A stretch of DNA of 64,000 nucleotides from Gracilinanus agilis (taxonomy: Eukaryota): NCBI RefSeq assembly GCF_016433145.1, contig NC_058132.1, positions 89,677,158-89,741,157 of the forward strand, read 5' to 3'. The notes beneath the pieces were generated by a model, which made no database searches, was not told where the DNA came from, and saw only the letters and a list, made by a program, of their open reading frames with translations. Below are positions 26,177 through 38,646 of the stretch, piece after piece. Position 1 is the stretch's first letter, and each line of letters starts with the position of its first letter. The translations under genes and the position numbers were made by a program.

Positions 26177-26995
26177 GGGTGCGTTTGGGGTTTTCTTCAG
26201 TTTGATAAATATTCACAAAATCCTGTATATGTGTAGCACTGGGGAAATACTGTTATCCTTGAAGGATGCAGGTGGGTTCTATGGAATCTGGTTTATTATC
26301 TTGCAATACCAGTTTCTTTCAAGAAAGTCTAGTTTGTTGTTGTCGCATCTCTAACTGGCCATTAAGGTGGATTCCACCAATAAGCCTTCCATAGTGACAA
26401 GGTGGAAGAAGGGGGTGTTGCTAGCCTTGAATTCACATTTCCAGCCAGTCATGTAGCCAATTATACTGCTTTCTCCATATATGATGTTGTCTTCTAGTTT
26501 TTGGGTGCTCCTCTTTTTGTCTATTAAAATTATCTTTCAGTCTCCAATCAGGATCTTAGCTAGCTGAGGAGAATGAAACCCTGCCAAGAAAATCTCAAAC
26601 AGAGACACAAAGGGTCACAGATGACTGAAATGACTCCACAAAAATAGTTCTTCCTGAGACTTGGGAGTTAAGGTTTGTGTTCTGTTCTGAAAGGGGAGCT
26701 GGGCTTGAACCTGAGGGAAAGGGTGTGGTCTTCAAGTGAATGACCACACTGAGTAAAAATGTATATCATTGTTATTTCATTCTAATATCATGATTAAAGA
26801 ACTAGGTACACTCTTATCTTTGTAACTGATCTACACTGAAATGTAGCAATGGATTGAAGGGGAGAAGAGTTTAAGTGGGATGGTTGCTGGGTGGTATTTA
26901 TTGAGTAAATCCACACAAAACACTGAGACCCAGAAGTTAAGCCTTTAGTGTTGGCTAGAGAACCATTGGGAATTACAATAAAAATGATAGCTTAA

Positions 26996-27212
26996 GGAGC
27001 AGCTAAATGGTGCCATGAATAGAGTGCTAGGCTTGGAGTTCAAATCTGACCTCAGACAAGTACTAACTGTGGGACCCTGTTTGCCTCAGTTCCTCATCTG
27101 CGAAGTTATCTGGAGAAAGAATTGGCAAATCACTCCAGTATTTTACCAAACAGAATCCCAAATGGTGTCAGGAAGAGTTAGGCACAAGTGAAATAACCGC
27201 ATGACGACAAAT
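26996..27212 (+). mobile_element. MAR1 SINE
   Basis: Head, CORE and ggagaaagaattggcaaatcactccagta tail. Confidence 0.85.
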
Positions 27213-27235
27213 GACAGCTTGATAGCTGTAATGGG

Positions 27236-27425
27236 CAGTGATTCCCAAAGTGGGCGCCACCACCCCCGATGGGTGCTGCAGCAATCCAGGGGGGCGGTGA
27301 TGGCCACAGGTGCATTTATCTTTCCTATTAATTGCTATTAAAATTTTTTAAATCAATTTCCAAGAGGATAAGTAATATTTTTTCTGGAAAGGGGGCTGTA
27401 GGCCAAAAAAGTTTGGGAACCACTG
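27236..27425. mobile_element. hAT MITE, family A, opposite orientation to 13894-14101
   Basis: TIRs cagtgattcccaaa / tttgggaaccactg. The internal sequence is the reverse complement of the 13.9-kb copy. The TSD is not well preserved. Confidence 0.9.
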
Positions 27426-28559
27426 GTCTAGGCAATGCTTCACAGCTTTCCTAGCTAAGGACATGTCAGCCTATTCTTACCCTCAGATTCAAACAGATGA
27501 AGAGAAAACTTGTACAGCTCCTTTACAATGCCTTTGACTCGAGGTTTTATTTCCTGTTCGCATGTTCACAGAATTATATTTTCATAGAATTTGGCATTTT
27601 ACAAAGGAATCTGGAGTGATCCAGTTTAACTTATATGTGAAAAGAAGTCCTACTATATAACACACTGAAAAAAAAAGTTCAGCTTTTGCTGGTAAGAAAG
27701 AAAGGAAATAAACATTCACTAAGTGCTTAATTTGTACTAGGCACTGTGCTAAGCAATTTACAATATTATCTCCTTGTTTCCTCACAACAACACTGCGAGT
27801 TAACTATAATTATTTATCCTTATTTTATAAGTGAGAAAAATGAGGCACACAGTGGTTAAGTGACTTATCCAAGTTCACATTAGGCAAGTGTCTGAAATTC
27901 AGAGCTCCCTGACTCCACGCCCAGCACTATATTCAGTGGACCACATAATTTCTTGAAGACTTCCAAGGAAGACCTAAAGACTTCCAGTATCTCTGGATGC
28001 AAACCATTATACTTTTGGATTGATTGAATTGTTAAGAAGTTTTTTCTGATAGCAAAACCAAATTTGCCTTTTGGCCGCTAACACCTATTGCTCCCAGTTC
28101 TGTCGATATGTCTCTTCCCTCTTCTACATGACAGTCCTTCAACCACTTGAACATAGTTGTGATTCCCTCTTCTCCAGAATCAAAATGCTTTATTCCTTCA
28201 ATTTATCTGCATATCACATGGATTCAAGGTCACTTGCAATCCCTGTTTCTGTCACCTGGACATATTCCAATTTATCAATGCCATTTTAAAAAACATTAAC
28301 ATTACTTTTATTTTTTCCAAACCATGAAGTATTTTCTAACACAGTGTTAGTTTATTGGAAAAATATTACATAGTTATATAAAAATGTAATAATATACACT
28401 CAAATGTATATATAATATGAATGTGTCCTTTATCAAGAGAAAAGGTAAAATAATTATTTTTGTAGTAGATAACTCACTCTACAAACTTCTATTACTCTAT
28501 TAATACATTCCTTGGGAAAACATTATTCATTTTTTGTTATAAATATGTGATAAATTATA

Positions 28560-28890
28560 ATACCTAACTTATCCAAGAAAAACAAATTCTCACATTAACT
28601 TTGTCCAAAAATCTGTCTCATTCTTTTTTTCCTCTTCCCTTCCACCTCTCCCCCTCCTCCAGAAGGTAGGTAATATTATATAGGTTGTATGTATATTATC
28701 ATATAGTACATATTTCCCTGATCATCTTGCTGGGAAATAAGAGACATGTTTACACTACAAAAAAATTCATGGAAAAAATAAAGTGAAGAATGTTATGTCC
28801 ATTCAGATTCCATCTGTTCCTTCACTGGCAGTGGATATTCTTTTTCTTTGTGAATCCCATGAAGTTGTCCTAGATCCTTACCTTGTTAAA
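28560..28890 (-). mobile_element. Old L1 3'UTR fragment
   Basis: Resembles an antisense marsupial L1 3'UTR (aaataaagtgaagaatg...cattcagattccatctgttccttc). Confidence 0.55.
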
Positions 28891-29211
28891 ATAGTCAAAA
28901 TATATGTCCCTGACCACAGAAAAAATTAAATCTAATATTTGAAATAACATAATACATGTGTATATAAGCACATTCATTTATGTATATATATGTACTTGAT
29001 TATATAATATCCATATATATGTATATATATATAAAATACAGGGTAAATTAAAGAAAATCATAAATTTACAGAATTGAATGGAAATAAGGAAGAATTAATT
29101 CAGATTACACAAAAGAAGATTATCAAAGAATAATAGAAAATAGATTGCTTTCCATCTCAGGAAGAGAGAGAATTTGAAATAATTTTTTAATGTAGTTAAA
29201 AATTGTGTGTA

Positions 29212-29418
29212 GGGGCAGCTGGGTAACTCAGTGGATTGAGAGTCAGGCCTAGAGACAGGAGGTCCTAGGTTCAAATCCATCCTCAGATACTTCCCAGCTG
29301 TGTGATCCTGGGCAAGTCACTTGACCCCCATTGCCCACCCTTACCACTCTTCCACCAAGGAGCCAATACACAGAAGTTAAGGATTTAAAAAAATGTAAAA
29401 ATAAATAAAAAATAAAAA
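29212..29418 (+). mobile_element. SINE1_Mdo-type SINE
   Basis: Full head, body and A-tail. Flanking aaattgtgtgta-like TSD. Confidence 0.93.
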
Positions 29419-30179
29419 ATTTGTGTGTATATTTAATTGGAAAAAATTAAATATTATTATTGAAAGTTATATATATATACACACACATATATATATATAT
29501 GTACTAGCTCTAGTTTCTTCCTTTGCCATCATTTATTCACACCTTTAACATACAAAAGTTTTACAAAGAACATAAATATTCTATTCTTTTAAAGAATCAT
29601 AGGATTACAGATTCAGAGCTGGAAGGGACCTTAGAAGTCATCTAGTCTAAACCTCATTTTACAGAGAAACAGAGGTTCATTAAGATTAAGTTACTTCCTT
29701 GGGGAAGCTAGGTAGCATAGTAGGAGAGTGCCAGGTCAGGAGTGGTCCTGGATTCAAATCTGATTTTAAACATGTTTATTCTATAGGTTTTATAGTGCAT
29801 ATAAATAGACTGACATTTAATTAATGCCCTAGCTGGAGTTTGTGTGTCTGTCTGTCTGTATGTCTATAGATATATTTTTCACCACTAGAGGGTGCTCAAA
29901 GTACACATGATTGAATGTCACAAACCACTGAGTTCATAATGACACTGGCCAAGTAAAATTTATGTAGATCTAGGAATATGACGTGGAAAATGATCCAACA
30001 TTACTAAAAATAGGAAAATCTCTCATCTCTGGTCATCTCCCATTTTCATTTTGGGCTTTCCCTTATTCAGAGGTTGCAAATCTTAGAACTCAGACATTTT
30101 CTTCTTCATTTATACATTCATTCATTCAAACTATACACTACTTTATTTACTTGTTTGATCTTTCTTCATTTGTTTCACT

Positions 30180-30278
30180 ATTTTTTTACTTTCTTTCTTC
30201 TTTCCTTCCTTCCTTCTTTCTTTTCTTTCTTTTCTTTTTTTCTTTCTCTCTCTCTCTCCTCCTTCTCCCTCCCTCCCT
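30180..30278. repeat. (TTTC)/(TTCC)/(TC) polypyrimidine tract
   Basis: Direct reading. Confidence 0.9.
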
Positions 30279-31887
30279 GGATTAATAATCATATCAGTCA
30301 AATAATCTTATTTTCTAATCAATCTACATATAGGTAAATATTGATATACATATATTCAGATACATTTATATGTATATAAATGTATATATATGCATGCTAA
30401 TTGACACACAATCTAAATGCCATTCTAAGATTTTTGGGGGCCTTCATGTATGTACATATATGTATGTATATAAATGTATAATATATGTATATATGCCTAT
30501 ATGTTATATATATGTATATATATATTTATACAGAATCCCAAAGTGACCAAAAGGAAGGCATTATTTCTTTCTCTTCAAATTAATGCCTCTTCCAAAATTC
30601 CCAATTCATGTTAAAGACATTTATGTTCAAAGAGATTCCACGATAGAAAATAAGGTAGGAAGGAAAGATAGAGAATAAAATGTCCTAGGGTCCTGAAGAT
30701 ATCAAAGATCACAGATTACTTTAATAATGGGAGGCATCTTCTGTTTCTTAATTCAAGGAAAAACTGTCTTAAAGACATGAAAATATATTTATTGTAAATT
30801 TGACATTTCTTGTATATTTGTACTTATATGCATATTAACACCATATAGGACTTTCTAAAAATCTTAGTATAGTTTTAAGCCTCAATAACTCAACATGATA
30901 ATAAAAGTTTGTGGGCACACTGTATAAGAACATGATGCTTTTAGAGAGTTCTTTACACATCATGCCTATCATTTTACTTAGCACATTTGAGAGATTATTT
31001 CCTTTAATTCTCAGCACGGTATTGAGGGGTGGGCACAGTGGGAATTATTATTCCACTTTACAAAGGAGGAAACTGAGAATTAGATAGGTGTCATCTATTA
31101 TGAAGGATTTGAACTAGGATCTGCTTACTCTGGGTCTAGCATACTGTCATCTTCATGATGCTGCTTCATGTTTCATCTTTTTTCCCCTTCCTAACTTAAA
31201 TTTGTTTATTTGTTAGATAAAAGTTCCCTGCTTTTCATCACAGTTGAAAATACATGCTTCAGTGGTGGTGCAGCAGATAGAATGCTGGACTAAAGATCAG
31301 GAAAATGTAAATTCAGATCCTCCTCATTCATACTTAGAGTCTATGAGCAAATGATTTTTACCTCTCTAGGAGTCGTGTTTCTCATCCATAAAATGGAGAT
31401 GATTATATGTAATGTGTGATTAAATCACAAAAAATTTTTGAACTTCAAATTACCTAAAGTATGGAAAGTTTTTGTTAAAACTACATAAGAGCTATATTTA
31501 CATGTACTTCTTTGTTTCCCAAACTACCTCCAATGGGATAGCAGATACCCCATTTATGCCTTCTTAGCTCTTCTTCATATCTTTCCATTATTATTATCAT
31601 CATTGCCCTCCTTGTCAATACTCAAAATTAAGCAATTCAAAGTATACATAGAAGTATGATATGCACAAAATAACTTTAATTCACAGTAAAGGAAATGTAT
31701 TACTTAATTATGATTTGAGAGGAGCTCACTTATTATCACGGTGTTACCACAAGTAGTTTTTTTAACTGGGTCACCTTTTCCCCTCATCCCTAAGCACCCA
31801 ATCTCCCCACCCCCAAAATCTCACAAATCAGTATACTTGAGGTAACTTAGCCTAGCTATGGAAAAGCTAATTCCAGCCTTAGCCACC

Positions 31888-32829
31888 CTAGCAATGGAGA
31901 GCCTGAATCACTCGATCCCTGATCTGCTTGGTCTTCACACTGTAGACAATGGGGTTCATCAAGGGTGGGACCAGAAGGTAAACAAACCCCATGACTACCT
32001 GAACCAAGTGAGGAGCCTGCTTCCCAAATCGATGAATGACTGAGAGACCTATCATGGGTGTGTAGAAGAGTAGAACTGCACAGATGTGAGAGACACAAGT
32101 ATTGAGGGCTTTGAGGCGCTCAGTCTGGGAGGCAATGGCCAGCACGGTGTGGAGAATTAGCACGTAAGAGAAGAGGATAAGCACAGAGTCCACACCCACA
32201 GTGGAGATGATGACAAACATGCCATAGATGCTGTTGGCGGTAATGTCAGCACATGCCAACTTCATGACTTCCTGGTGAAGGCAATAGGAATGGGTGAGAA
32301 CTTGGGACCCACAATAGGGGAAGCGTTTGAGCATGAAAGGAAGTGGGAAGATGAGTGCCACACTCCGACCCAAGGAACCCAGCCCAATTCTGCTGATGAC
32401 TTTATTGGTGAGAATGGAGGCATATCTCAGAGGACGGCAGATGGCAATCAGGCGATCGAATGCCATGGAGAGCAGGACTGAGGACTCTAGGAAAGATAGG
32501 CAGTGGATGAAAAAGAGCTGAGCAAAACAGGCATCATGGTTAATCTCTCGAGCTCCAAATAAGAAGATACCCAACACTGTGGGAAGAGTACACAGGGACA
32601 GGCCCAGGTCCGTCAGTGCCAGCATAGAGAGGAAGAAATACATGGGCTGGTGGAGTGAAGATTCTGTCTTGATAATGAAGAGAATCATGCAGTTCCCCAA
32701 GATGGACACAAGGTACATAGAAAAGAGAGGGATGGAGATCCAGATGTGGATATGCTCCAGCCCTGGGAGGCCACTTAAGAGGAAGGTAGAAGGACTGACA
32801 GTGCTGTTTCCAAATGATGCAAGAGTCAT
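31888..32829 (-). CDS. OR51G2: Olfactory receptor 51G2 orthologue candidate, 313 aa
   Basis: ATG at 32829 (MTLASFGNS...). SLGRSVALIFPLPFMLKRFPYCGS, ANSIYGMFVI and HRFGKQAPHLVQVVMGF closely match recalled human OR51G2. A minus-strand acceptor (ctccctcccattag|ccaacATG) lies just upstream. Confidence 0.92.
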   Translation of the reverse strand: MTLASFGNSTVSPSTFLLSGLPGLEHIHIWISIPLFSMYLVSILGNCMILFIIKTESSLHQPMYFFLSMLALTDLGLSLCTLPTVLGIFLFGAREINHDACFAQLFFIHCLSFLESSVLLSMAFDRLIAICRPLRYASILTNKVISRIGLGSLGRSVALIFPLPFMLKRFPYCGSQVLTHSYCLHQEVMKLACADITANSIYGMFVIISTVGVDSVLILFSYVLILHTVLAIASQTERLKALNTCVSHICAVLLFYTPMIGLSVIHRFGKQAPHLVQVVMGFVYLLVPPLMNPIVYSVKTKQIRDRVIQALHC

Positions 32830-33640
32830 GTTGGCTAATGGGAGGGAGAAAGCACAAGTTCTCACTCTCTCAGTTGAACTGAAGAGTTACTGTGGTCAGG
32901 GGAAGCTTGAATAGCAATGACATGAGTGAGTTACTTAGCATCACAGGACTTGGAGATAGCAAGGATCCTTAAAAACCATCTAGACAAATTTTATCATTTT
33001 CCAGATAAGGAAACTGAAGACTAGAAGAGCTAAGTAATTTCCACAATAATATAGATAGCAAATAGCAGATTCAAGATTGAAACCAAGATCTTCTGCTTCA
33101 GATTTGGGGTTCTTTCTATAATATAGTATTGCCTGAAGGAATCTAACATTGAAAGTGTTCTCCAGAAGTCATCCTAACCAGCTCCATAACTCTAGATATG
33201 ACTTCATTTGTTCTACACCAAAAGTAGGGCTATCGTTTTTCCAATTCTTAAATATTTCAAAGAAAATTACATTCATCAACATATCTCGATTACATATTTC
33301 CTGATTTTGTTATTCTCTTCATTGGAAATCCCTTGCTTATATCTAACCTTAAGTACTCTTACTTAACATGTCTATCTGTCAATCTAAGGATGATTGCATT
33401 ACTGATAAAAGAAATAGGGCAAGTGATCTCTCCTTTCTTCCTTCCTTCTTTTCTTCTTTCCTTTCATCCTTCCTTTTTCCTTTTTCTTTTTTTATCTATC
33501 TATCTCTATTTCACTACTCTGTCTCTTAGAACTAGTAGTTTCCTCCAAAATTAAACTCAAACACTAACTCTTATGAGTCTTTTTTTGATTCTTCAACGAC
33601 TAGTATCTCCATGGCTTCTAAATATCACTCTGTATTTTGT

Positions 33641-33888
33641 TTTTGTTGTTCAGTTGTTTCAGTTATGTCCAACTCTTCATAATCCCATTTAGTGTTTTCT
33701 TGGCAAAGATACTAGAATAGTTTGTCATTTCCTTCTCTAGCTCATTTTACAGATAAAGAAACTGAGGCAAACAGAGTTAAGCATTTTGCCTATGTAACAT
33801 AGATAGAAAGTGTTTGAGGCCAGCTTTGAACTTAGGTCTTTATGAATATTGATGCTGTGCTCTAATCATTGTGTCTTCTAGCTGCCCC
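33641..33888 (-). mobile_element. MAR1 SINE
   Basis: ttgttgttcagttgtttcagttatgtcc...ttcttggcaaagatactag...ctagctgcccc. Confidence 0.88.
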
Positions 33889-34849
33889 ACTTTGAATTTA
33901 CATAGTATTCATTTTGCATGAATCCATATGTGTACATCTTGCTACCCCAAATAGAATATGAACTCTTAAGGTTTCACTTTTTATCACAAGCACATGGAAT
34001 AATATTTGGTAACCAATAAATACTTAATAAATTATTTTTGATGGATAGATAATTAAAAGACAGAGAATAACAATTAAAAAAGTATAATTTTTACCTGAAG
34101 TCCTTCTCAAGTATTTTTCTGTTTTATCCATTTTTTCCCAGCCTGTAGTTTATCAACAGTTAGCAAGAATCATCACTCATAATATACTGGGTCTGAAGAG
34201 CAGTGATGTATATAGCACAATCAAGGAGAAGGATGAAGTAGATCAGATATATTAGAGAGAGAGACTAATAACATATAACTGGGATAGAAAAATGATCTCA
34301 TGTTCAGAGTGATCCCAAAACAAATCTCTGAGCTAGCAATGAAAATAAAGAAACAAAGAAATGGAAAAAATATTTTAAAAAACAGCATATATGTCAAGTA
34401 ATCAGTTAGGAAACTTGGGATTTTTCTCTCAAAACACAATTCTGTGGTCAGGATTTCATAACCTAAGATGATATTGAAACAATTCAAAGTCACAAAGAAA
34501 TGAAATAGGATAGGAAAAGTCATCTAGAATTAAACAGTAGGAGAAATCAGTTTAAGTCTATATAAGATAGGTGGGGGGTTGTTGATTAATCTAAAGGTTT
34601 ATGTGTCTAGAAGTATAATGTACATCTTAAAATGACTGGTGACATCTTTCCTGGAGGCATGTGCTTGAGTTTTTTGACATCTTAAAATAAAAGGAGGTTA
34701 AGAAAGGCATGAAGTAGATTTTTTTTCTATAAGATGACAAATGGTCATCAAAGTTCTATATAGAAATTTTTTATGAAGTGAAACTTATTATTTGGATAAT
34801 TTAACTGTGAAGTCCATATACTTCAGCTAAAATATATCTCCTTACAAAC

Positions 34850-35380
34850 CTGTGTGTAGTTTTAGTTTTCTCTTGAGTCACAGAGAGCAAGTCTAATCTC
34901 TCCATCACATGACAGCCATTCAAATATTTGAAAATTGTAGTCATCCCCCTCTCACTTTAATCTTTTATTCTCTAGGTTCAACATGCCTAGTTCCTTCAAT
35001 GGATTTTCATGTAGCCTATGTAGTTTTCTCACTATATTAGTAGCCCTCCTCTGGGAGTACTCCAGGTTATCAGTGCCATTTGGCTGCATGAGATCAAAAA
35101 TTGAATAAAATATTCCAGATGTGATCTCATCAATTGCCTGGTCAAAGTGCCTTTCAGTACAATGTAAAATTATGTCAGATTTATTTTTATTTTAGATCAT
35201 GGTATCTTATTAACTCAACTTACAAATCATTGAAACCATATTATCTTTTTTAAAAATATGGTCTGCTTTTCTAAATATATGTCTTGCCTTCTGCATTTAG
35301 GCAGTTTATTTTTCAACCTGGGCTTCAGGATATTGTATTAGCTCTTTAATTTTTATTTGGTTAAATTTCATCCTGTCAAG
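34850..35380 (-). mobile_element. L3/CR1 fragment
   Basis: tctccatcacatgacagccattcaaatatttgaa...tctaggttcaacatgcctagttccttcaa...; a similar remnant lies at ~28040-28290. Confidence 0.6.
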
Positions 35381-35389
35381 ATAAATTTT

Positions 35390-35570
35390 TTTTAACCCTT
35401 GTACTTCGGTGTATTGTCTCATAGGTGGAAGATTGGTAAGGGTGGGCAATGGGGGTCAAGTGACTTGCCCAGGGTCACACAGCTGAGAAGTGGCTGAGGC
35501 CGAGGTTTGAACCTAGGACCTCCTGTCTCTAGGCCTGACTCTCACTCCACTGAACTACCCAGCTGCCCCC
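35390..35570 (-). mobile_element. SINE1_Mdo-type SINE, young, 14-bp TSD
   Basis: TSD tcaagataaatttt at 35376-35389 and 35571-35584. Nearly identical to the copy at 62312-62491. Confidence 0.95.
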
Positions 35571-36291
35571 TCAAGATAAATTTTAATCATGATTATGTTA
35601 ACCAATATTCTTTCTACTGGTTCTTTCATCATTTGCAAATTTGAAAAATCAGTATATCAGCTATGTCTTAATCTAATTTATTGATATTAAATATGTATGT
35701 ATACACACATAAATACATGTTGAATATAAATGTGTTATATAATATATAGAAATGTATAGATACATACACAAATAGGTGATAGAAAAAGAAAGAGACAGAG
35801 AGACACAGAAATAGAAAAATACAGAAAGACGAAGAGAGTGGGAGTACAGAAAGGAGAAACCCAGAGACAAGAGAGGAGAGATAGAGACAGGCAGAGACAG
35901 AGTCAAAGATAGAGAGAATGATTATATCCATACCACTATCTGGGTGAAGTATTAACTTTTTTCAGGAATAATTCACCTCTTACTTTTCATGGCTCTTTCT
36001 GTGGTCCCATGAGAACTGTCTAAACATGGTTAGATGGCAGCATTGTTCTGTGATTTGCAAATCTTCCCTCCCCAACACAACATGCCAAAAGGGAAGTGAG
36101 CACATCAAAGATGGCAGTCCTTAGACTAAAGGACAGAAAAAGAAATATCAACCTGGAATGGGTCCTGCTAGGATATGACAAGGGGATAGGTGCCTTGGTA
36201 GCAGGTCTGACTGAAGTAGTCCAGTGTAGCCTGTAGTGTTTTCCTTAATCTCTACTTCAAGGATCCTCATTTCCCTTTCTCTCTATCCTAC

Positions 36292-36337
36292 CTTCTAACT
36301 ACTATGACTATCTACTACTATCTACTACTAACTACTA
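36292..36337. repeat. Imperfect (CTA)n repeat
   Basis: ctaactactatgactatctactactatctactactaactactat. Confidence 0.85.
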
Positions 36338-36688
36338 TCACTTAGCCTTGGTGTCTGAAAAATAGGTCTTAAGTGTGATTAACAAATCCATAGCTTGGAC
36401 ACCATCTATCTGCCACTTTATAGTCACTCACCTAGTTCATTTCCAGAAACTCTGAGTTCACAGAGAAAGAATGAGAAGTCCAAAATTGTTTGAATAAGTG
36501 ATAGCCAATGGAGACTTCTAGAATGGAGGGTATATGGGTCTGGTAGCAACAGAAGTTATTAGAAAAGTGGTCAGGCTAATTGGCAAAGTGACCAACAAAG
36601 AAAACAGATAATGTGTGGTCAAGGGAGTCACACTGAATGACAGAATGTACTCCCTCATCTTTGTCATATTACCAAAGTTTCTTCCCTT

Positions 36689-37070
36689 CTTACCTTTTAG
36701 GTTCACCTCTTCATCATAGTTTTTAACCTTCTCCAGTTGCTTTTAACTTTCAGACTTTAATATCTATAGCCTAAAGGTCCCATGAGAAGATGGGAGGAAG
36801 GGCTCTGGGAAGTAGAGAACAAATCACAATATCCCATGGGATAGGTAACAAAGGGAGGCTACATTCTCTTTCCTGCTCTATGGAAGTCTGGTGAGGCTAC
36901 TGAGTGAGGGAAGGCTTAATGTTGTCCCTGCATTTGTGTATATGTGTCTAAGAAGAGCTTAGACTTTGGGGAATGGGAAGCAATAATCCCAAACTTTAGT
37001 GATTAATTATATCTATGTCAACCTAGAGGGAAATCTGTAGTGAATTACCCCAGGGTAATTTTCCTTGGGC
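36689..37070 (-). promoter_or_regulatory. Candidate OR51G2 promoter / 5' non-coding exon
   Basis: Perfect O/E palindrome ATCCCATGGGAT (36831-36842), TAATTA (37004-37009), AATTACCC-CA-GGGTAATT (37043-37060), and a minus-strand donor AG|GTAAG (cttacct 36689-36695). About 4 kb upstream of the OR51G2 ATG. Confidence 0.55.
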
Positions 37071-37299
37071 CCTATAAGAAACAGGATTTTTTAAAAATTA
37101 CTTATGTAAAGGGATATAAAGCATATTTGTCAGGCTTATATATGACAAAAAGCTCTCTAATATACCTAACATATTAGACAACCAGGTCAGGATCCACAAA
37201 CATTTCAGGATTAGAGATTGCATTTTAAAAAGATATAGTCCAAACAGCACTACATACTGTCTTGATATTTAAATTTTTTTTTCAAAAAGCCTTTATAAA

Positions 37300-37532
37300 T
37301 TCAGACTAAGGAGATGAGGCTTGACAACCATTTGTATGAAAATGGCTGAGAATGGGGAAAGGAATATGGTGGATTACAAGTTTAATATGACCTTTTAGCT
37401 TGACATAATGACAGCCAAAGAAAGATATGATCGTAGGATATATCAGGAAGGACTGTGTTTAAAGCTGAAGAGTGAGAGTCCCACTGTCTTCTAACCATCT
37501 TCACCACTGTATTCAGTTCCAAGCATCCTATT
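37300..37532 (+). mobile_element. L3/CR1 RT fragment immediately preceding the tandem LTRs
   Basis: acaagtttaatatg...gccaaagaaagatatgatcgtagga...gagtcccactgt...actgtattcagttc. Confidence 0.55.
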
Positions 37533-37900
37533 TGTGTAAATAGAATCCTCTCTGCATCCCCCCCACCCCCAGCTCATCCCACCTCGCTCTATTGTGGATG
37601 TCATGTGAATGCTCCAAACAGTGGTCACGGGTGAAGAGCCCAAGAACATGACTAAAGGTTAGGGGTCCGGGTTAAAGAGAAAGGATAAAGGTGCGGTACC
37701 AGACACATGGAGCTTTCTCTATTTCCTTGGAGGCGGCAGAGTAGCATGATGACTGATAGAGACAGCCATGTGGAAAGCTACGTGGTCAGGGTTAGGCTAG
37801 ATTAGTCTTAAATCTCTATATATCTGCTTTCTCTATTTCAAGTGATTATTAATAATCTTTACGGAAAGTAAGAACCCAGAGTTAATAATTTAAATATAAA
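37533..37900 (+). mobile_element. Solo LTR (first of a tandem pair)
   Basis: Starts tgtgtaaatagaat. GC-richer U3-like body, with an AT-rich end aataatttaaatataa. Confidence 0.6.
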
Positions 37901-37913
37901 AATTTTTTAAAGT

Positions 37914-38330
37914 TGTGTGGATAGAATTTGCTCCCCAGGACTCTCTTACCCAGCATCCCATATGCATGCTCACACTGAGTACTGTGTTATTTGGAATTTT
38001 GGGGGTTGATTTGAGTTTTAAATATTTAGATATATGACAAACTTCCTGTGGACATTTAGGGGACTTTGAAACTACATTTCCCATGATTCAACAGGTTTCC
38101 AGTTTTATGTGATGATGTGAGCCAATGTAAAGCGTAGCTTATATAGAGAGAGGACTTGATTGAGAGGCTCTCATTGGTAGGAGGGAGCCAGGTGGGAGAA
38201 GGTATGGCAGGCAATTTGAATTAGAATTTAGCAGGCATGTGGTCATCTTATATTTTACCAACATGGCCTTATTAAAATATGAATATGTCTTTTAATCACC
38301 ATCTATATAAATTTTAATAATAATAGTACT
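37914..38330 (+). mobile_element. Solo LTR (second of a tandem pair)
   Basis: Starts tgtgtggatagaat. Has CCAAT and tatatag, then attaaa. Homologous blocks are shared with 18821-19160. Confidence 0.65.
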
Positions 38331-38646
38331 CACACTGTGTGTGTACATATCTACAGAAGATATATTTTGAATGTAACGCCACCTCTCTCTCTCTCTCTCT
38401 CTGCTCCCAGAAAGGCAATTGTGGAGGTTAGGTGAGAGACAGAAAGGATAATTTTACCAATATGATTTTACTTAGGCTTTATACTCTTGTTCTTTTATTT
38501 CTTCTACTTCAGGTGATTACTAATAAATATTTTACAATATAATACTGGAGTTATTGGACATTAATTTACATCTTACATTTTTGGTGAGCCAGTCAGGATA
38601 GAATCCTTGATCTACTTTTAAGATAGCCTTTGAGTAAAAATAGAGA

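Noticed and set aside
918-32914. Antisense or alternate-frame ORFs overlapping OR genes (918-1223, 25417-25614, 31856-32098, 32275-32521, 32540-32914; likewise 51439-51696)
   Set aside because: These are shadow ORFs of OR coding sequence. The same 'MARKRSKDMIMRT' antisense peptide recurs in each paralogue.
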